A DNA stretch of 64,000 nucleotides. Source: Abditibacteriaceae bacterium. GTDB lineage: Bacteria > Armatimonadota > Abditibacteriia > Abditibacteriales > Abditibacteriaceae. The notes beneath the pieces were generated by a model. The model worked only from the letters and a program-made list of their open reading frames with translations, searched no databases and had not been told where the DNA came from. Position 1 is the first letter of the stretch. Each line of letters opens with the position of its first letter. Location: the NCBI GenBank assembly GCA_965277285.1, contig OZ255721.1:3584001-3648000 (forward strand), written 5' to 3'. Positions 20,280 through 29,761 of the stretch are shown in pieces. The translations under genes were made by a program, and so were the position numbers.

Positions 20280-21248
20280 TCAACGGGGAATCGTGCGTGT
20301 TGTCATTGTTGTCGTGATTTTCGTTGTCGTACCGCTTGTTGGTTCGGTAATGTGGCGGAAGGCGCGCGCCCAGCAATCTGCGAGTGCTTCCGTCCCGCCT
20401 ATGCCATTGGGGTGCAAGCCGCCATAAACGCCGTACTCTTGAAAAAGCGCGGGATGCGCGGCGAAATAAGAAAAAGCCATCGTGTCGCCGAGGAAAACGC
20501 GGCCAGGAACGCGTTTTGCGAAGTCGGCGGAGATGGCCTTTTCGCCCGGAAGGTACGACTGAAGCAGCTTCATCGCTGCAGCGTCCCAGGCAACTCCATT
20601 GAATTTCGTCGGCACGACAAATGACGGCGCATGGTTGATCATCACGTTGAAGCCACTGGCAACCAGATCGCCCACAATTGACCGCAGATTGGCTTCGTGT
20701 TGCGCTGCGGTAAAAAGGCGATCACTACGCACATCGTTGGTGCCCAGCATAATAAAAACCCACACCGGATTGCGTTTTGGATCTGGCTTACCAAACGACG
20801 AAACGAAAGCCGCTTTGGCCGTTTCATAAAGATTTTGTGGCGGCCCTGGCTGCCAATCAGCGGTGCTGGTGGCGCTCACGCCCTTGTCATAAACGTTCCA
20901 CGGCGTGCCGTTATCGGCGATTGTCGCACCATTGGCTGCCGAGAGTTTTTGAACGGTCAGCGCCGCCACGTCGTTTTGCCCGGGCGTAATTGTGTTGCCG
21001 ACCTGGTTGTAACCGCAGGTAATGCTATCGCCAATAAAGCCAATTTTAAGGCTCTTCTTTAGACTCAAAGCTTTGGCCTGTCCCGCTTGAGTTGGAGAAA
21101 TCTTGACCGGACAGTTCAAAGCGAGATGGCGCCGCGCATCGCCCACTTTAGACGTTTTGGCTTGCGCCGTTCCCGCCTGCGCCGTTCCCGCTGCGATAAT
21201 GGCAAGCAATGTCGCCAGACAAGGTGTGTTTCTAAAAACAGTGGTCAT
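20280..21248 (-). CDS. Secreted SGNH/GDSL hydrolase
   Basis: GDSITCG, MLGTND, GLHPN; signal peptide. Confidence 0.85.
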   Translation of the reverse strand: MTTVFRNTPCLATLLAIIAAGTAQAGTAQAKTSKVGDARRHLALNCPVKISPTQAGQAKALSLKKSLKIGFIGDSITCGYNQVGNTITPGQNDVAALTVQKLSAANGATIADNGTPWNVYDKGVSATSTADWQPGPPQNLYETAKAAFVSSFGKPDPKRNPVWVFIMLGTNDVRSDRLFTAAQHEANLRSIVGDLVASGFNVMINHAPSFVVPTKFNGVAWDAAAMKLLQSYLPGEKAISADFAKRVPGRVFLGDTMAFSYFAAHPALFQEYGVYGGLHPNGIGGTEALADCWARAFRHITEPTSGTTTKITTTMTTRTIPR

Positions 21249-21675
21249 TTGCTAAACCTCGTGATGCTTAAAGAATAAGAAGGCAGAGCCACTTCTTAAT
21301 GAAGCGCTGCGTGGCAGGTCAACCAACATGAAACTACGAACAACGATTAAATGTTGAGTTATCTTCTTTATAGTCAACCGTTTATAGTCACCCGACGCTT
21401 GAGCTTAACAAGTTCGTTTAGCCGAATGCATCAACGAGAGCTATGCACCGCGACTTCGAGCCACAGAAAGCCAGAGGCGCGCGAGCAGGAAACTGGAAGT
21501 TTATCACTCGGCCAGTTGGCTGTAGTTAGCTTGACGTAACTTCCCGAGATAATTGACACAACCTTATAAAATACTCATAAACTCTCGCTTTCTTGTTCCG
21601 TCTTGCATGAAGTAAGCCGCATGATCGAACTGAGCAATCAAGGTTCAAGATTGATGCGCAATTAAGGAAAGGGTT

Positions 21676-22113
21676 ATGAAAATCACCAAGAGCCGTAAAG
21701 TTCTGCTGAGCACCGGATTGTTCGGATTGTTGGGTTTGAGCGCTGTTGCAACTGGTATGCGACCCGCCGTGGCCGACGAGCGCGATGATAGAGGACAAGG
21801 CCATCATCAACAATGGCAGGAACAACAAGCGCAGAACGATAACCGTTCCGACGACAATCGTGCCAACGGCAATCGTGCCCGCTACAATCGCCGTAGCAAC
21901 GATGGTCGCAGCAACGAAAGCCGCAGCTATAGCTACAGCAAGCGCACCTACGGCAACAACAGCGGTGGTAATTACGGTTACCGCAAAAGCTACAGCAGCA
22001 ACACTTACAGCCGCTACAGCAATGATAATGGCTCTCGTAACAAGGGTTACAATGGCAACAGTCGCGCTCGTCGCCATGCGCATCGCCATTATCGTCACCA
22101 CAACAACGGCTAA
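21676..22113 (+). CDS. Secreted low-complexity N/R/S/Y-rich protein
   Basis: AAGGAAAGGG RBS; signal peptide ending PAVA; followed by a strong hairpin. Confidence 0.65.
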   Translation: MKITKSRKVLLSTGLFGLLGLSAVATGMRPAVADERDDRGQGHHQQWQEQQAQNDNRSDDNRANGNRARYNRRSNDGRSNESRSYSYSKRTYGNNSGGNYGYRKSYSSNTYSRYSNDNGSRNKGYNGNSRARRHAHRHYRHHNNG

Positions 22114-22151
22114 AATTGCATTAACGGCTAAAGCCATTTAACCAGGCTGCC

Positions 22152-22200
22152 CAAAACACAACAGCGAGTACTCGATTGGAGTACTCGCTGTTGTGTTTTG
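22152..22200. terminator. 22-bp hairpin built from two GAGTACTC palindromes
   Basis: CAAAACACAACAGCGAGTACTC-GATTG-GAGTACTCGCTGTTGTGTTTTG. Confidence 0.75.
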
Positions 22201-22533
22201 CCTGCTCATGGCGGATTTGTTGTTCAGCGTATTCATTTAATGGACTTGATGGGTGTAATGGACTTGATGGATGGCAAAGTCTGAAACGCTATTTTGCGGC
22301 AACACTTGTCGTCCGCACGGAACTTTATAAACTCGCTCTCGAAGTCGAATAAAGGTTTCGCGTACCTTATACTGCATACTGCACACACTTGATATTGCAC
22401 ACACTTGAACACTAAAGAAAAGCGGCAAGATTCCTGCTCGCTCCACCTTTGTACTCGTGTTGATGGCACAATAGAACAGTACGCGCGAGTGTTCAAGGCC
22501 GCGTGATCTCGAGTACTCGAAATGGGGAGAAAT

Positions 22534-23202
22534 ATGAAAAAGACAAAGTGCAGCAAGACAATCGCAGCGTTGACGGCTTTTACTTTGACCGCGCCTTTGA
22601 TGGTGTCGTCCGTTCCAGCGCGCGCCACGACTTATGCGGGTGAGCATTTTCCCGAAACGCGAACCGAAATGATGTCGCGTGACGATGTAGCCGAAATGAC
22701 GCATGCGCAACGCCGCTATGCCATCAACGAAATCTATGCGCGCCACGGTTTTCTCTTCGCGGACATGGCGATTCGCAAGCAGTTTTTGCAGTTTTCGTGG
22801 TATCGTCCGGTGCCGGGTCGCACCATGAAAGGAATCGAGGCGCATTTGGGACGCATCGAGAGCCACAACTTGCGCGTTCTGGCCGACGTGCGCGATGACG
22901 CGCGGGACAGTTCCTCGTCCGATGCGTCGTATCCGGGCGAGCATTTTCCCGAAACGCGCACCAACATCCTCAGCCAGCAGGACATGAACAATATGGGTGT
23001 TGCCAAAGTTCGCTACGCCATCAACGAAATGTATGCGCGTCACGGTTTTCTGTTCGGCGACATGGCGATTCGTCGGCAGTTTCTGCGCTTTCGCTGGTAT
23101 CATCCGGTGCCGGGACGCACCATGCACCAGGCCGAAGCGCGCTTCAACGATTTTGAGCGCTCCAACCTGATCGCCCTGACGCAATGGCGCGACGGCGATT
23201 GA
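22534..23202 (+). CDS. Secreted protein with two tandem YARHG domains
   Basis: RYAINEIYARHGFLF and RYAINEMYARHGFLF; signal peptide. Confidence 0.9.
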   Translation: MKKTKCSKTIAALTAFTLTAPLMVSSVPARATTYAGEHFPETRTEMMSRDDVAEMTHAQRRYAINEIYARHGFLFADMAIRKQFLQFSWYRPVPGRTMKGIEAHLGRIESHNLRVLADVRDDARDSSSSDASYPGEHFPETRTNILSQQDMNNMGVAKVRYAINEMYARHGFLFGDMAIRRQFLRFRWYHPVPGRTMHQAEARFNDFERSNLIALTQWRDGD

Positions 23203-23257
23203 TCGCGCTGCTTAAATTCGGTGAAATCAGCCGCCAAACGTGAATCGAGTACTCGAT

Positions 23258-23518
23258 ATGTATAAAACGCAATCCGCAGACACAACAGAAGAAGCAGAGC
23301 GCGTGCAAATGGCAATGTTGCGAGGAGCGAGCGTTGCCAAGCGCGCGCAACGGATGAACGCTCTCTCGTGCTTTGTTATTGAAGCGTCGCGGCGCGCCAT
23401 TGAAAGAGCGCATCCCGAATGGAGCCGCCGCGAAGTTCTGCTGTTCTGGGTGCGACAACATTACGGCGAAGAAGTCGGCGAAGCCTTAGCGTGTTCCAGG
23501 AAATCCGCAAATTTATGA
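23258..23518 (+). CDS. Small helical protein, putative partner of the downstream nucleotidyltransferase
   Basis: 86-aa ORF whose stop overlaps the next start (ATGA). Confidence 0.65.
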   Translation: MYKTQSADTTEEAERVQMAMLRGASVAKRAQRMNALSCFVIEASRRAIERAHPEWSRREVLLFWVRQHYGEEVGEALACSRKSANL

Positions 23519-24105
23519 GTTCACCGGAAATCATCCTTACTCTGGAGCCGGTGGCTGCGGCGTTGTCGCATATCCATGTGCCTTATTACATTTGTGGTTC
23601 GGTGGCAAGTTCGGTGTTGGGTGAACCGCGCTCGACTTTGGACATCGACTTAGTGGCAGATTTGCAGGAAGCGCAAGTTGAAGATTTTGTTCAGTCTTTG
23701 GGCGACACGTTTTATGTGGATTCGCGCGCCATACGCGAAGCGATTCGCCGTCGTTCGAGTTTCAATCTGATTCATCAAGGAACTTTTCTCAAAGTCGATA
23801 TTTTTCTTCCCAAGAACCGTGCTTTCGATCGTGAACAATTGCCACGCTGCGAATTTCATGCGCTGGATGATTCCGCAGACGCTAAAACTTATCCGATTGC
23901 CACGCCCGAAGATGTTTTACTCGCCAAACTTGAATGGTTTCGCTCGGGCGGCGAAACCTCCGACCGCCAGTGGCGCGACATTTTAGGTGTCTTGAAAATC
24001 AACTGCTTCGACATCGAAATTGATTATCTTCAGCGCTGGGCCAAAGAGTTGCGCGTAGACGATTTGTTGCGTCGCGCTCTGGATGAAGCGGGAATCGGGG
24101 ATTAG
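23515..24105 (+). CDS. Nucleotidyltransferase-fold protein (toxin-antitoxin-like pair)
   Basis: YYICGSVAS..GEPRSTLDIDLV (GS..DxD); TPEDVLLAKLEW; RQWRDI. Confidence 0.75.
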   Translation: MSSPEIILTLEPVAAALSHIHVPYYICGSVASSVLGEPRSTLDIDLVADLQEAQVEDFVQSLGDTFYVDSRAIREAIRRRSSFNLIHQGTFLKVDIFLPKNRAFDREQLPRCEFHALDDSADAKTYPIATPEDVLLAKLEWFRSGGETSDRQWRDILGVLKINCFDIEIDYLQRWAKELRVDDLLRRALDEAGIGD

Positions 24106-24140
24106 TTTGCATACGTAGAAAACAAGATTGAAAGATGGCG

Positions 24141-24310
24141 GTTTGTCATTCTTCGCTCCTCTCAGAATGACAAACCCTCACTTTTATAGCGTTTCGCTCA
24201 CTTTCTATACAACCTCTCAGTGGAGCGAAGAATTTAACCGTAGCCAGATTCTTCGCTGCGACCAGAATGACCAAACTTCCACTTTTAGGCGTTTCGCGGA
24301 CTTTTTGAAC
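24141..24310. repeat. Degenerate nested GTCATTCTGAG-type repeat with an ACTTTCTATACAACCTC end
   Basis: GTTTGTCATTC..CTCAGAATGACAAAC; ACTTTCTATACAACCTC at 24200-24216; second AGATTCTTCGC..AGAATGAC arm. Confidence 0.7.
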
Positions 24311-24337
24311 TGATGCTAAGAGCCATCAAGAACAACA

Positions 24338-25165
24338 ATGGAAAACTTGATCGTGGTCAATGGCGAAGAAGGTTGGGCGCCGCTTTTTCCTGAATGCAAC
24401 GTGCAGCAACGCCGCTTGCAAACCACCAAATGGTTGTGGCGCGACAACGACCTCTATGTGATTGATGCGAGTGGCGCATTGCGTGTCGATGCTGTTTTGT
24501 GGCGCTTGGGCGCGGTTCGTCCTCATCCCAATCATCGCGCGACATTGGAAACGATTCGTCTGGCGAAAGTGCCTTGCGTCAACGATGCGAAAACATTGCT
24601 GCGTGGTTATGATCGTTTGTCGATGTTAGCCGAATTGCGCGAAATTGATGTGCCAACGCTCGATTTTTCAGTTGCCCTTGGAGATCGAGTACTCGAATGC
24701 TTTACGCCTGCGTTTCCAACTGTTTTGAAAATCGGCAATCTGCATGGTGGTTGGGGCAAGGCGCGCGCAGAAAACCGCGAGCAATGGAGCGACCTGGCTG
24801 ATCTCGCTTTTATCACGGAAGATTATCTGACGGTTGAGCCATTTGTCGATTATACGCGCGATGTGCGTTGTCTCATTGTGGGCGACCAAACGTGGGCGAT
24901 GTCGCGGCGCGGCAGCGTTTGGAAAGCGAATCGCGGCATGGCGGATTACGAACTGATTGCAGTTCCGCCGGAGTTGGAAGAATGGACGCGTCGCGCCGCC
25001 AAACACTTGAACGCTGATGTGCTGGCGTTGGATTGTCTGGAAACGCGCGAAGGCAAATGGTTCGCGTTGGAATATAATGACATTCCGGGTTTCAGTGGTT
25101 TTCCTGATGCGGCGCGCACGGCGTTGGCGAATTGTCTGCGCTGCAAAATGGAGAACACAAAGTAG
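24338..25165 (+). CDS. RimK-like ATP-grasp protein
   Basis: FPTVLKIG..HGGWGK, EPFVD..DVR, WKAN, ALD..ALEYND.PG. Confidence 0.75.
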   Translation: MENLIVVNGEEGWAPLFPECNVQQRRLQTTKWLWRDNDLYVIDASGALRVDAVLWRLGAVRPHPNHRATLETIRLAKVPCVNDAKTLLRGYDRLSMLAELREIDVPTLDFSVALGDRVLECFTPAFPTVLKIGNLHGGWGKARAENREQWSDLADLAFITEDYLTVEPFVDYTRDVRCLIVGDQTWAMSRRGSVWKANRGMADYELIAVPPELEEWTRRAAKHLNADVLALDCLETREGKWFALEYNDIPGFSGFPDAARTALANCLRCKMENTK

Positions 25166-25177
25166 AATAAGGAAATT

Positions 25178-26059
25178 ATGAGCATTCTGATTGACAAGAA
25201 CACGCGCGTATTGGTGCAGGGCGTGACCGGGCGCGAAGGCGAATTTCACACGCGCCAAATGCTGGATTACGGCACCAATGTCGTGGCTGGTGTCACGCCG
25301 GGCAAAGGCGGGCAGTTCATTGAGCACGGCGAAGAAACGGTGCCGGTTTTCAATACGGTCAAGGAAGCCGTCGCCATGACGAACGCCGATACGAGTATCA
25401 TTTTTGTGCCGCCGCCGTTCGGTGCCGACGCCATTTTTGAAGCCGTTGATGCCGGAATCAAAGGCATTGTTTGCATCACCGAAGGCATTCCGATTCAGGA
25501 CATGATGAAATGCTACCGCTTTCTCGAAGCGCAAAGCGGCTGGATGATCGGCCCGAATTGTCCGGGTTTGATTACGCCGGGCGAATGCAAAATCGGCATT
25601 ATGCCAGGCAACATTTTTACGCCCGGCGACATCGGCGTCGTCTCGCGCAGCGGCACTTTGACTTATGAAATTGTCGATGAACTGACGCGCAACGGTTTGG
25701 GACAAACCACCTGCGTCGGCATCGGCGGCGACCCGATTATCGGCTCCAGTTTCGTCGATGTTTTGCGCTGGTTCGAGGCCGATCCAAAAACCAAAGCGGT
25801 CGTGATGAGCGGCGAAATCGGCGGCAACGATGAAGAAAAAGCCGCCGAATTTATCAAGACGATGACCAAACCCGTCGTCGGATTCATCGCCGGTAAAACC
25901 GCACCGGCGGGAAAACGCATGGGACACGCGGGCGCCATTGTCTCGGGAAGTGCCGGAACCGCACAAGCCAAAATCGAGGCCTTGACGGCGGCAGGCGCAC
26001 AAGTCGCGGAACTGCCGAACCAGGTTCCCGCGATGATTCGTTCGGCGTTGGGAATGTAA
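25178..26059 (+). CDS. sucD: Succinyl-CoA synthetase alpha subunit
   Basis: [27 protein letters not shown], phospho-His motif RMGHAGA. Confidence 0.97.
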   Translation: MSILIDKNTRVLVQGVTGREGEFHTRQMLDYGTNVVAGVTPGKGGQFIEHGEETVPVFNTVKEAVAMTNADTSIIFVPPPFGADAIFEAVDAGIKGIVCITEGIPIQDMMKCYRFLEAQSGWMIGPNCPGLITPGECKIGIMPGNIFTPGDIGVVSRSGTLTYEIVDELTRNGLGQTTCVGIGGDPIIGSSFVDVLRWFEADPKTKAVVMSGEIGGNDEEKAAEFIKTMTKPVVGFIAGKTAPAGKRMGHAGAIVSGSAGTAQAKIEALTAAGAQVAELPNQVPAMIRSALGM

Positions 26060-26067
26060 TTGGATTC

Positions 26068-26240
26068 ACCGCGAAGGACGCGAAGGGAAAGAAGAATCGA
26101 GTACTCGAAAGTAAGAGTTTGTCATCTTGAGCGCAGCGAAAGATCTAACTGGAGTTAGATTCTTCGCTTCACTCAGAATGACACAATCTTATGGACAATT
26201 CTTTTCTTTATTACTTCGCGCTCTTCGCGTCCTTCGCGGT
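26068..26240. repeat. Nested repeat: outer 18-bp IR, palindrome, inner GTCAT..GAG/CTCAGAATGAC hairpin
   Basis: ACCGCGAAGGACGCGAAG (26068-26085) / CTTCGCGTCCTTCGCGGT (26223-26240); inner hairpin 26120-26183. Confidence 0.85.
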
Positions 26241-26253
26241 TTAACGGAGCGAT

Positions 26254-27216
26254 ATGAAAGCGATTCGAGTACTCGAATTTGGCGGGCCGGAAGTTTTGCA
26301 GTTGCAAGACGTGCCCGATTTAACGCCGCAAAACGATGAAGTTGTGGTGCGCATCAAAGCCGCGGGCGTCAATCCCGTTGATGTCTCCATTCGCAGCGGC
26401 ACTTATGGAAATATGATAACGCCGCCTTATATTCCGGGCAGCGATGCGGCGGGAATCGTGGAACGTGTTGGCGAAGGCGTCGATACTTTCAAAGTCGGCG
26501 ACCGCGTTTATACCAATCACACGGCACGCGGAACTTACGCCGAAGCGATTCTTGTCAAGACGCATCAGATTCGTCCTTTGCCAGACAACATCAGTTTTGC
26601 CCAAGGCGCGGCTTTGGGCGTGCCGTATGCGACTGCGCATCATGCGCTATTTGGAAAAGCCATGGCGAAAGCGGGCGATTATGTCTTGATTCATGGCGCC
26701 AGCGGCGGCGTCGGAACTGCGGCGGTTCAACTCGCGTTGCATCACGACATGAAAGTGATTGCGACTGCGGGAACACCCGAAGCGCGCCACAAGTTGGAAG
26801 CGATGGGCGCGCAATACGTCTTGGATCACAACGACGCGCAACATTTTGACGACGCACATGGCGCGACTTGCGGACACGGCGTTGATGTCGTTCTGGAAAT
26901 GCTGGCGAACGTGAACCTGGGGCGCGACTTGCCGATTTTGGCGCGCAACGGACGCGTTATCGTAGTCGGCAGTCGCGGCGAAGTGATGATCAATCCGCGT
27001 GATTTAATGGGACGCGACGCTTCGATTCTGGCCATGACATTGTTCAACACGACCGCCGACGAACTGACGCACATTCATCAAGAAATTGGCGAAGGCTTGC
27101 GCGATGGCTGGCTCGTTCCGTTCATTCATCACGAATATGCGCTGAGTGAGGCGCCCCAAGCCCACGAAGCCGTCATGCAAAACGGCACTTGGGGCAAAAT
27201 CGTTTTGCTGCCGTGA
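26254..27216 (+). CDS. qor: NADPH:quinone oxidoreductase (zeta-crystallin/MDR family)
   Basis: GGPEVL, AGVNPVD, PGSDAAG, LIHGASGGVG, GKIVL. Confidence 0.9.
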   Translation: MKAIRVLEFGGPEVLQLQDVPDLTPQNDEVVVRIKAAGVNPVDVSIRSGTYGNMITPPYIPGSDAAGIVERVGEGVDTFKVGDRVYTNHTARGTYAEAILVKTHQIRPLPDNISFAQGAALGVPYATAHHALFGKAMAKAGDYVLIHGASGGVGTAAVQLALHHDMKVIATAGTPEARHKLEAMGAQYVLDHNDAQHFDDAHGATCGHGVDVVLEMLANVNLGRDLPILARNGRVIVVGSRGEVMINPRDLMGRDASILAMTLFNTTADELTHIHQEIGEGLRDGWLVPFIHHEYALSEAPQAHEAVMQNGTWGKIVLLP

Positions 27217-27231
27217 TAAGAGAAGCCAAAC

Positions 27232-27272
27232 CACAAAGGTCGAGTACTCGAATTGAGTACTCGACCTTTGTG
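27232..27272. terminator. Bidirectional hairpin of two palindrome copies between convergent genes
   Basis: CACAAAGGTCGAGTACTC-GAATT-GAGTACTCGACCTTTGTG. Confidence 0.75.
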
Positions 27273-27284
27273 TTGGAAGTCTTG

Positions 27285-28073
27285 TTATGGCGAGGTTGGA
27301 TGACGGCGCCAGAAGTTGTTGGTGACGGAATTCCAGGTCGTGGTCGGGCGCAGCCATTTGGCGTGACCATCGGCGAAACCGAAGAGAACGCCGTCGAAGT
27401 GGCGTTCCCACGGGCGCGCTTGCGTCGAAACTTCCGCCGGGCCGCCTGGAAACCAGTTCTGCGCCGCCGTGCTCATCGGATACAAGCCGCCGCGCGATGG
27501 GTCGCCGGTGCCGCGCGCCGCGTCCGCCACGATGATGAACTGCGAGGGCGCATCAATATCGGCGTCCACCGTGTCTTCGTTGTAGCCGAAATCGGGGTTG
27601 GCGGCATACCATGCCTGCTGAAACTTGCCAGGAGAAAACTTGGCTTCGTTCAAATGAAAGCCGTAATCGGTGGTGTACCAGGCGCCCGCGCCAGGTGTTG
27701 GCCAATCGGGGCTGGACGGCGACTTGAAGATTTGAACGCTCTTCAAATAAGGCTGCAATTTGGCGCGAATCGAATAAGGCGCGGCGCCATCGGGCGTGTC
27801 CGTGTAAGGCCCGAAGCGCGCCGTATCGGTGCCCTGACGCTCGGTCACGGTGCCCGGATAGCGCTCGTCATATTCGCGTACATATTGCGTAAACGCCAGG
27901 CTGATCTGTTTCACATTGGACAAGCCGTTGGTGCGACGCGCGCTTTCCCGCGCCTTGGCGAAAGCCGGAAACAAAATCGCCGCCAGAATAGCGATGATGG
28001 CGATGACAACAAGCAGTTCGATGAGCGTGAAGCCGTTTTTACGAGTTGGAGAAGAGATACGAATCTTTGACAC
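27285..28073 (-). CDS. Prepilin-type N-methylation / DUF1559 protein with H-X9-DG motif
   Basis: [33 protein letters not shown]..; [20 protein letters not shown] start with AAGGA RBS. Confidence 0.9.
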   Translation of the reverse strand: MSKIRISSPTRKNGFTLIELLVVIAIIAILAAILFPAFAKARESARRTNGLSNVKQISLAFTQYVREYDERYPGTVTERQGTDTARFGPYTDTPDGAAPYSIRAKLQPYLKSVQIFKSPSSPDWPTPGAGAWYTTDYGFHLNEAKFSPGKFQQAWYAANPDFGYNEDTVDADIDAPSQFIIVADAARGTGDPSRGGLYPMSTAAQNWFPGGPAEVSTQARPWERHFDGVLFGFADGHAKWLRPTTTWNSVTNNFWRRHPTSP

Positions 28074-28153
28074 GAAATTTTCCTTGACTTTGAAATGTCG
28101 AGCGAGGACTTGAAAAGTCCCTCGTTGAGAAGGTTCTGCGGGTTCGGGTGGCA

Positions 28154-28193
28154 CAAAAAAGCGCCGGACTTCGGGAATCGAAGAAGCCGGCGC
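28154..28193 (-). terminator. Terminator within the leader of the DUF1559 gene
   Basis: Minus strand GCGCCGGCTTC..GAAGTCCGGCGC-TTTTTT, about 80 nt upstream of the start. Confidence 0.65.
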
Positions 28194-28237
28194 ACGGGAA
28201 AAGCGGCAAGTTTGAAATTGCTTAGCTCAAGGAAAAC

Positions 28238-28366
28238 TCAGATCGCAACCTGCCGTAATCTCATCTCCTTGCCCGTGACCGGCCACCGACACGCGCGACA
28301 ACACAGCGCCATACAACAAGGCACCATGTTCGGTGAAGCCAAAAAACGGGAAGCGAGAGAAACCAT
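28238..28366 (-). CDS. Candidate Cys-rich leader peptide (alternative start 28327)
   Basis: MVSLASRFLASPN-MVPCCMALCCRACRWPVTGKEMRLRQVAI*; five TGT codons within 10 codons; precedes the terminator. Confidence 0.4.
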   Translation of the reverse strand: MVSLASRFLASPNMVPCCMALCCRACRWPVTGKEMRLRQVAI

Positions 28367-28529
28367 TGATCGTGGCAGAAAAGCGTCTTTTCTTGTTTAT
28401 CAGACGATAAACCTTTCAATTCCTACCCTGAAGGTAGATTCGGTAGCTATTTTAGATGTGAAATATCGTTTTGTCAAGGAATAATATGGAATTTTAAGAT
28501 TTTTGCACAATAAATCTGCTAAAAAATTG

Positions 28530-29282
28530 TTAGCCATCTATTAGTTGTAAAGCGAAGGCTTCGACTCGCGCTTCAGGCGAGTAAAGAACGTGCGGCGCCG
28601 CTTTCGAGTACTCGATTCCTGCGGCGGCGATCAAGTCTTCGCGCAGATGTTCAACGCTCGCGCCTTGCAATTGATATGGTTTGTGGCGCACGCGTCCACG
28701 AAAAAGCGCGCGATTATCGCCGGAAAACAGCGTGTAACGTTCGACCAGAAAATGTTCGAGCGTGTCTTTTGCAGCAAGTTGCGGCATTTGGTTTTGCAGG
28801 CGAAGGCGCACCTCGCAACCGGCGTTTTGTGGTGCAGGCCACAATCGCCGCGATGAATATTCCAGGATGCGGTTGGAAGAATGTCGCGTGGCGCGCACGC
28901 TCATCTTCGACCAAAAGTAGGGCAGGCGAAACCAACTTCGCGCGCCGACGAGAGCGGGCAAACTGGACGCATCAAGAGAGAAAAACCAGACGCCGCGCTC
29001 GCCTGTCGCGCGATGACGAACATAGGTGCGCACATTGGTTTCGTGGAAGTCTTCATAAATGCGCGGCGCGAACGGCAAGCCGGGCAAAAGTCGCGGGCGC
29101 ACGCGCGTCATAGTGAAGGGCACCAGACCGATGTAAGCCTGATTGTCAAAGGTTTCGATTTGCAGATCGCGCGGCACTAAAGGGCGCAAATGTTCGACTT
29201 CAACTGGCCAGTGCAAGAACAGCAAATGATGCCAGCCCATGCGCAAAACGGGGCGTTGATTGAATCGGGAAGAATAAGTCAT
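28530..29282 (-). CDS. YqjF/DUF2071 family protein
   Basis: WHHLLFLHW, IGLVPF, ETNVRTYV, GVWFFSLDA, FLVERY. Confidence 0.9.
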   Translation of the reverse strand: MTYSSRFNQRPVLRMGWHHLLFLHWPVEVEHLRPLVPRDLQIETFDNQAYIGLVPFTMTRVRPRLLPGLPFAPRIYEDFHETNVRTYVRHRATGERGVWFFSLDASSLPALVGARSWFRLPYFWSKMSVRATRHSSNRILEYSSRRLWPAPQNAGCEVRLRLQNQMPQLAAKDTLEHFLVERYTLFSGDNRALFRGRVRHKPYQLQGASVEHLREDLIAAAGIEYSKAAPHVLYSPEARVEAFALQLIDG

Positions 29283-29302
29283 AACGGAGAGTTTGGATCA
29301 GT

Positions 29303-29423
29303 CCGCCCCTGAAGGAGCGGGCTGAAGTGCAAAGCTCCATAAATGGGGCTGCGAGGAAATCGCGCGACAACAGGGAGCCGGTTTTAACTGGCTTGCTTTG
29401 CTCAGCCCACTCCTTCAGGGCGG
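29303..29423. repeat. REP-like inverted repeat
   Basis: CCGCCCCTGAAGGAGCGGGCTGA ... TCAGCCCACTCCTTCAGGGCGG. Confidence 0.7.
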
Positions 29424-29447
29424 GTTAATTTTAAGATTATTCACCCT

Positions 29448-29496
29448 CAAAACAACAATCGAGTACTCGAAGTGCGAGTACTCGATTGTTGTTTTG
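29448..29496. terminator. 22-bp hairpin of two palindrome copies
   Basis: CAAAACAACAATCGAGTACTCG-AAGTG-CGAGTACTCGATTGTTGTTTTG. Confidence 0.7.
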
Positions 29497-29512
29497 GACA
29501 ATTGTTGTCTTA

Positions 29513-29678
29513 GAGTGTGTTTGCAAAGTGAAAAACAACGTAGGAAAACTGCACTTTGTCATTCTGAGCGCAGCGAAGAATCTGGTTGCAGTTAGATTCT
29601 TCGCTGCGCTCAGAATGACAAACTTCCACTTTCTTCGCGTTTCGCGTACTTTCTATACAACCTCTCAGAATGACAAAC
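29513..29678. repeat. MITE-like unit enclosing a GTCATTCTGAGCGCAGCGAAGAATCT hairpin
   Basis: Perfect hairpin 29555-29622; end ACTTTCTATACAACCTC 29648-29664, followed by a spare TCAGAATGACAAAC. Confidence 0.8.
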
Positions 29679-29761
29679 TCGTACTTTCGTGGTGTTCCCT
29701 TACTTTCTTCACACTTCCAGAAGGACAAAAGGACAAATTGCGAGTTTTGTCCTTTTGAAGT

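Noticed and set aside
18937..22140. Integrative island at tRNA-Gly
   Set aside because: No integrase and no duplicated tRNA 3' end were seen, and the motif-poor DNA lies on the tRNA 5' side.
21526..22141. Hydrophobic Ala/Val/Thr ORFs 21526-22137(-) and 21746-22141(+)
   Set aside because: These are alternative frames of the low-complexity gene at 21676, which has the RBS and signal peptide.
24128..24313. Small ORFs over GTCATTCTGAG repeats (also 26127-26339, 29398-29758, 49394-49606)
   Set aside because: They are translations of repeat DNA (VILSAAKNL / CHSERSEES), not genes.
28194..28350. Cobalamin or SAM riboswitch in the DUF1559 leader
   Set aside because: Core consensus elements are not found on the coding strand; a leader-peptide model fits better.
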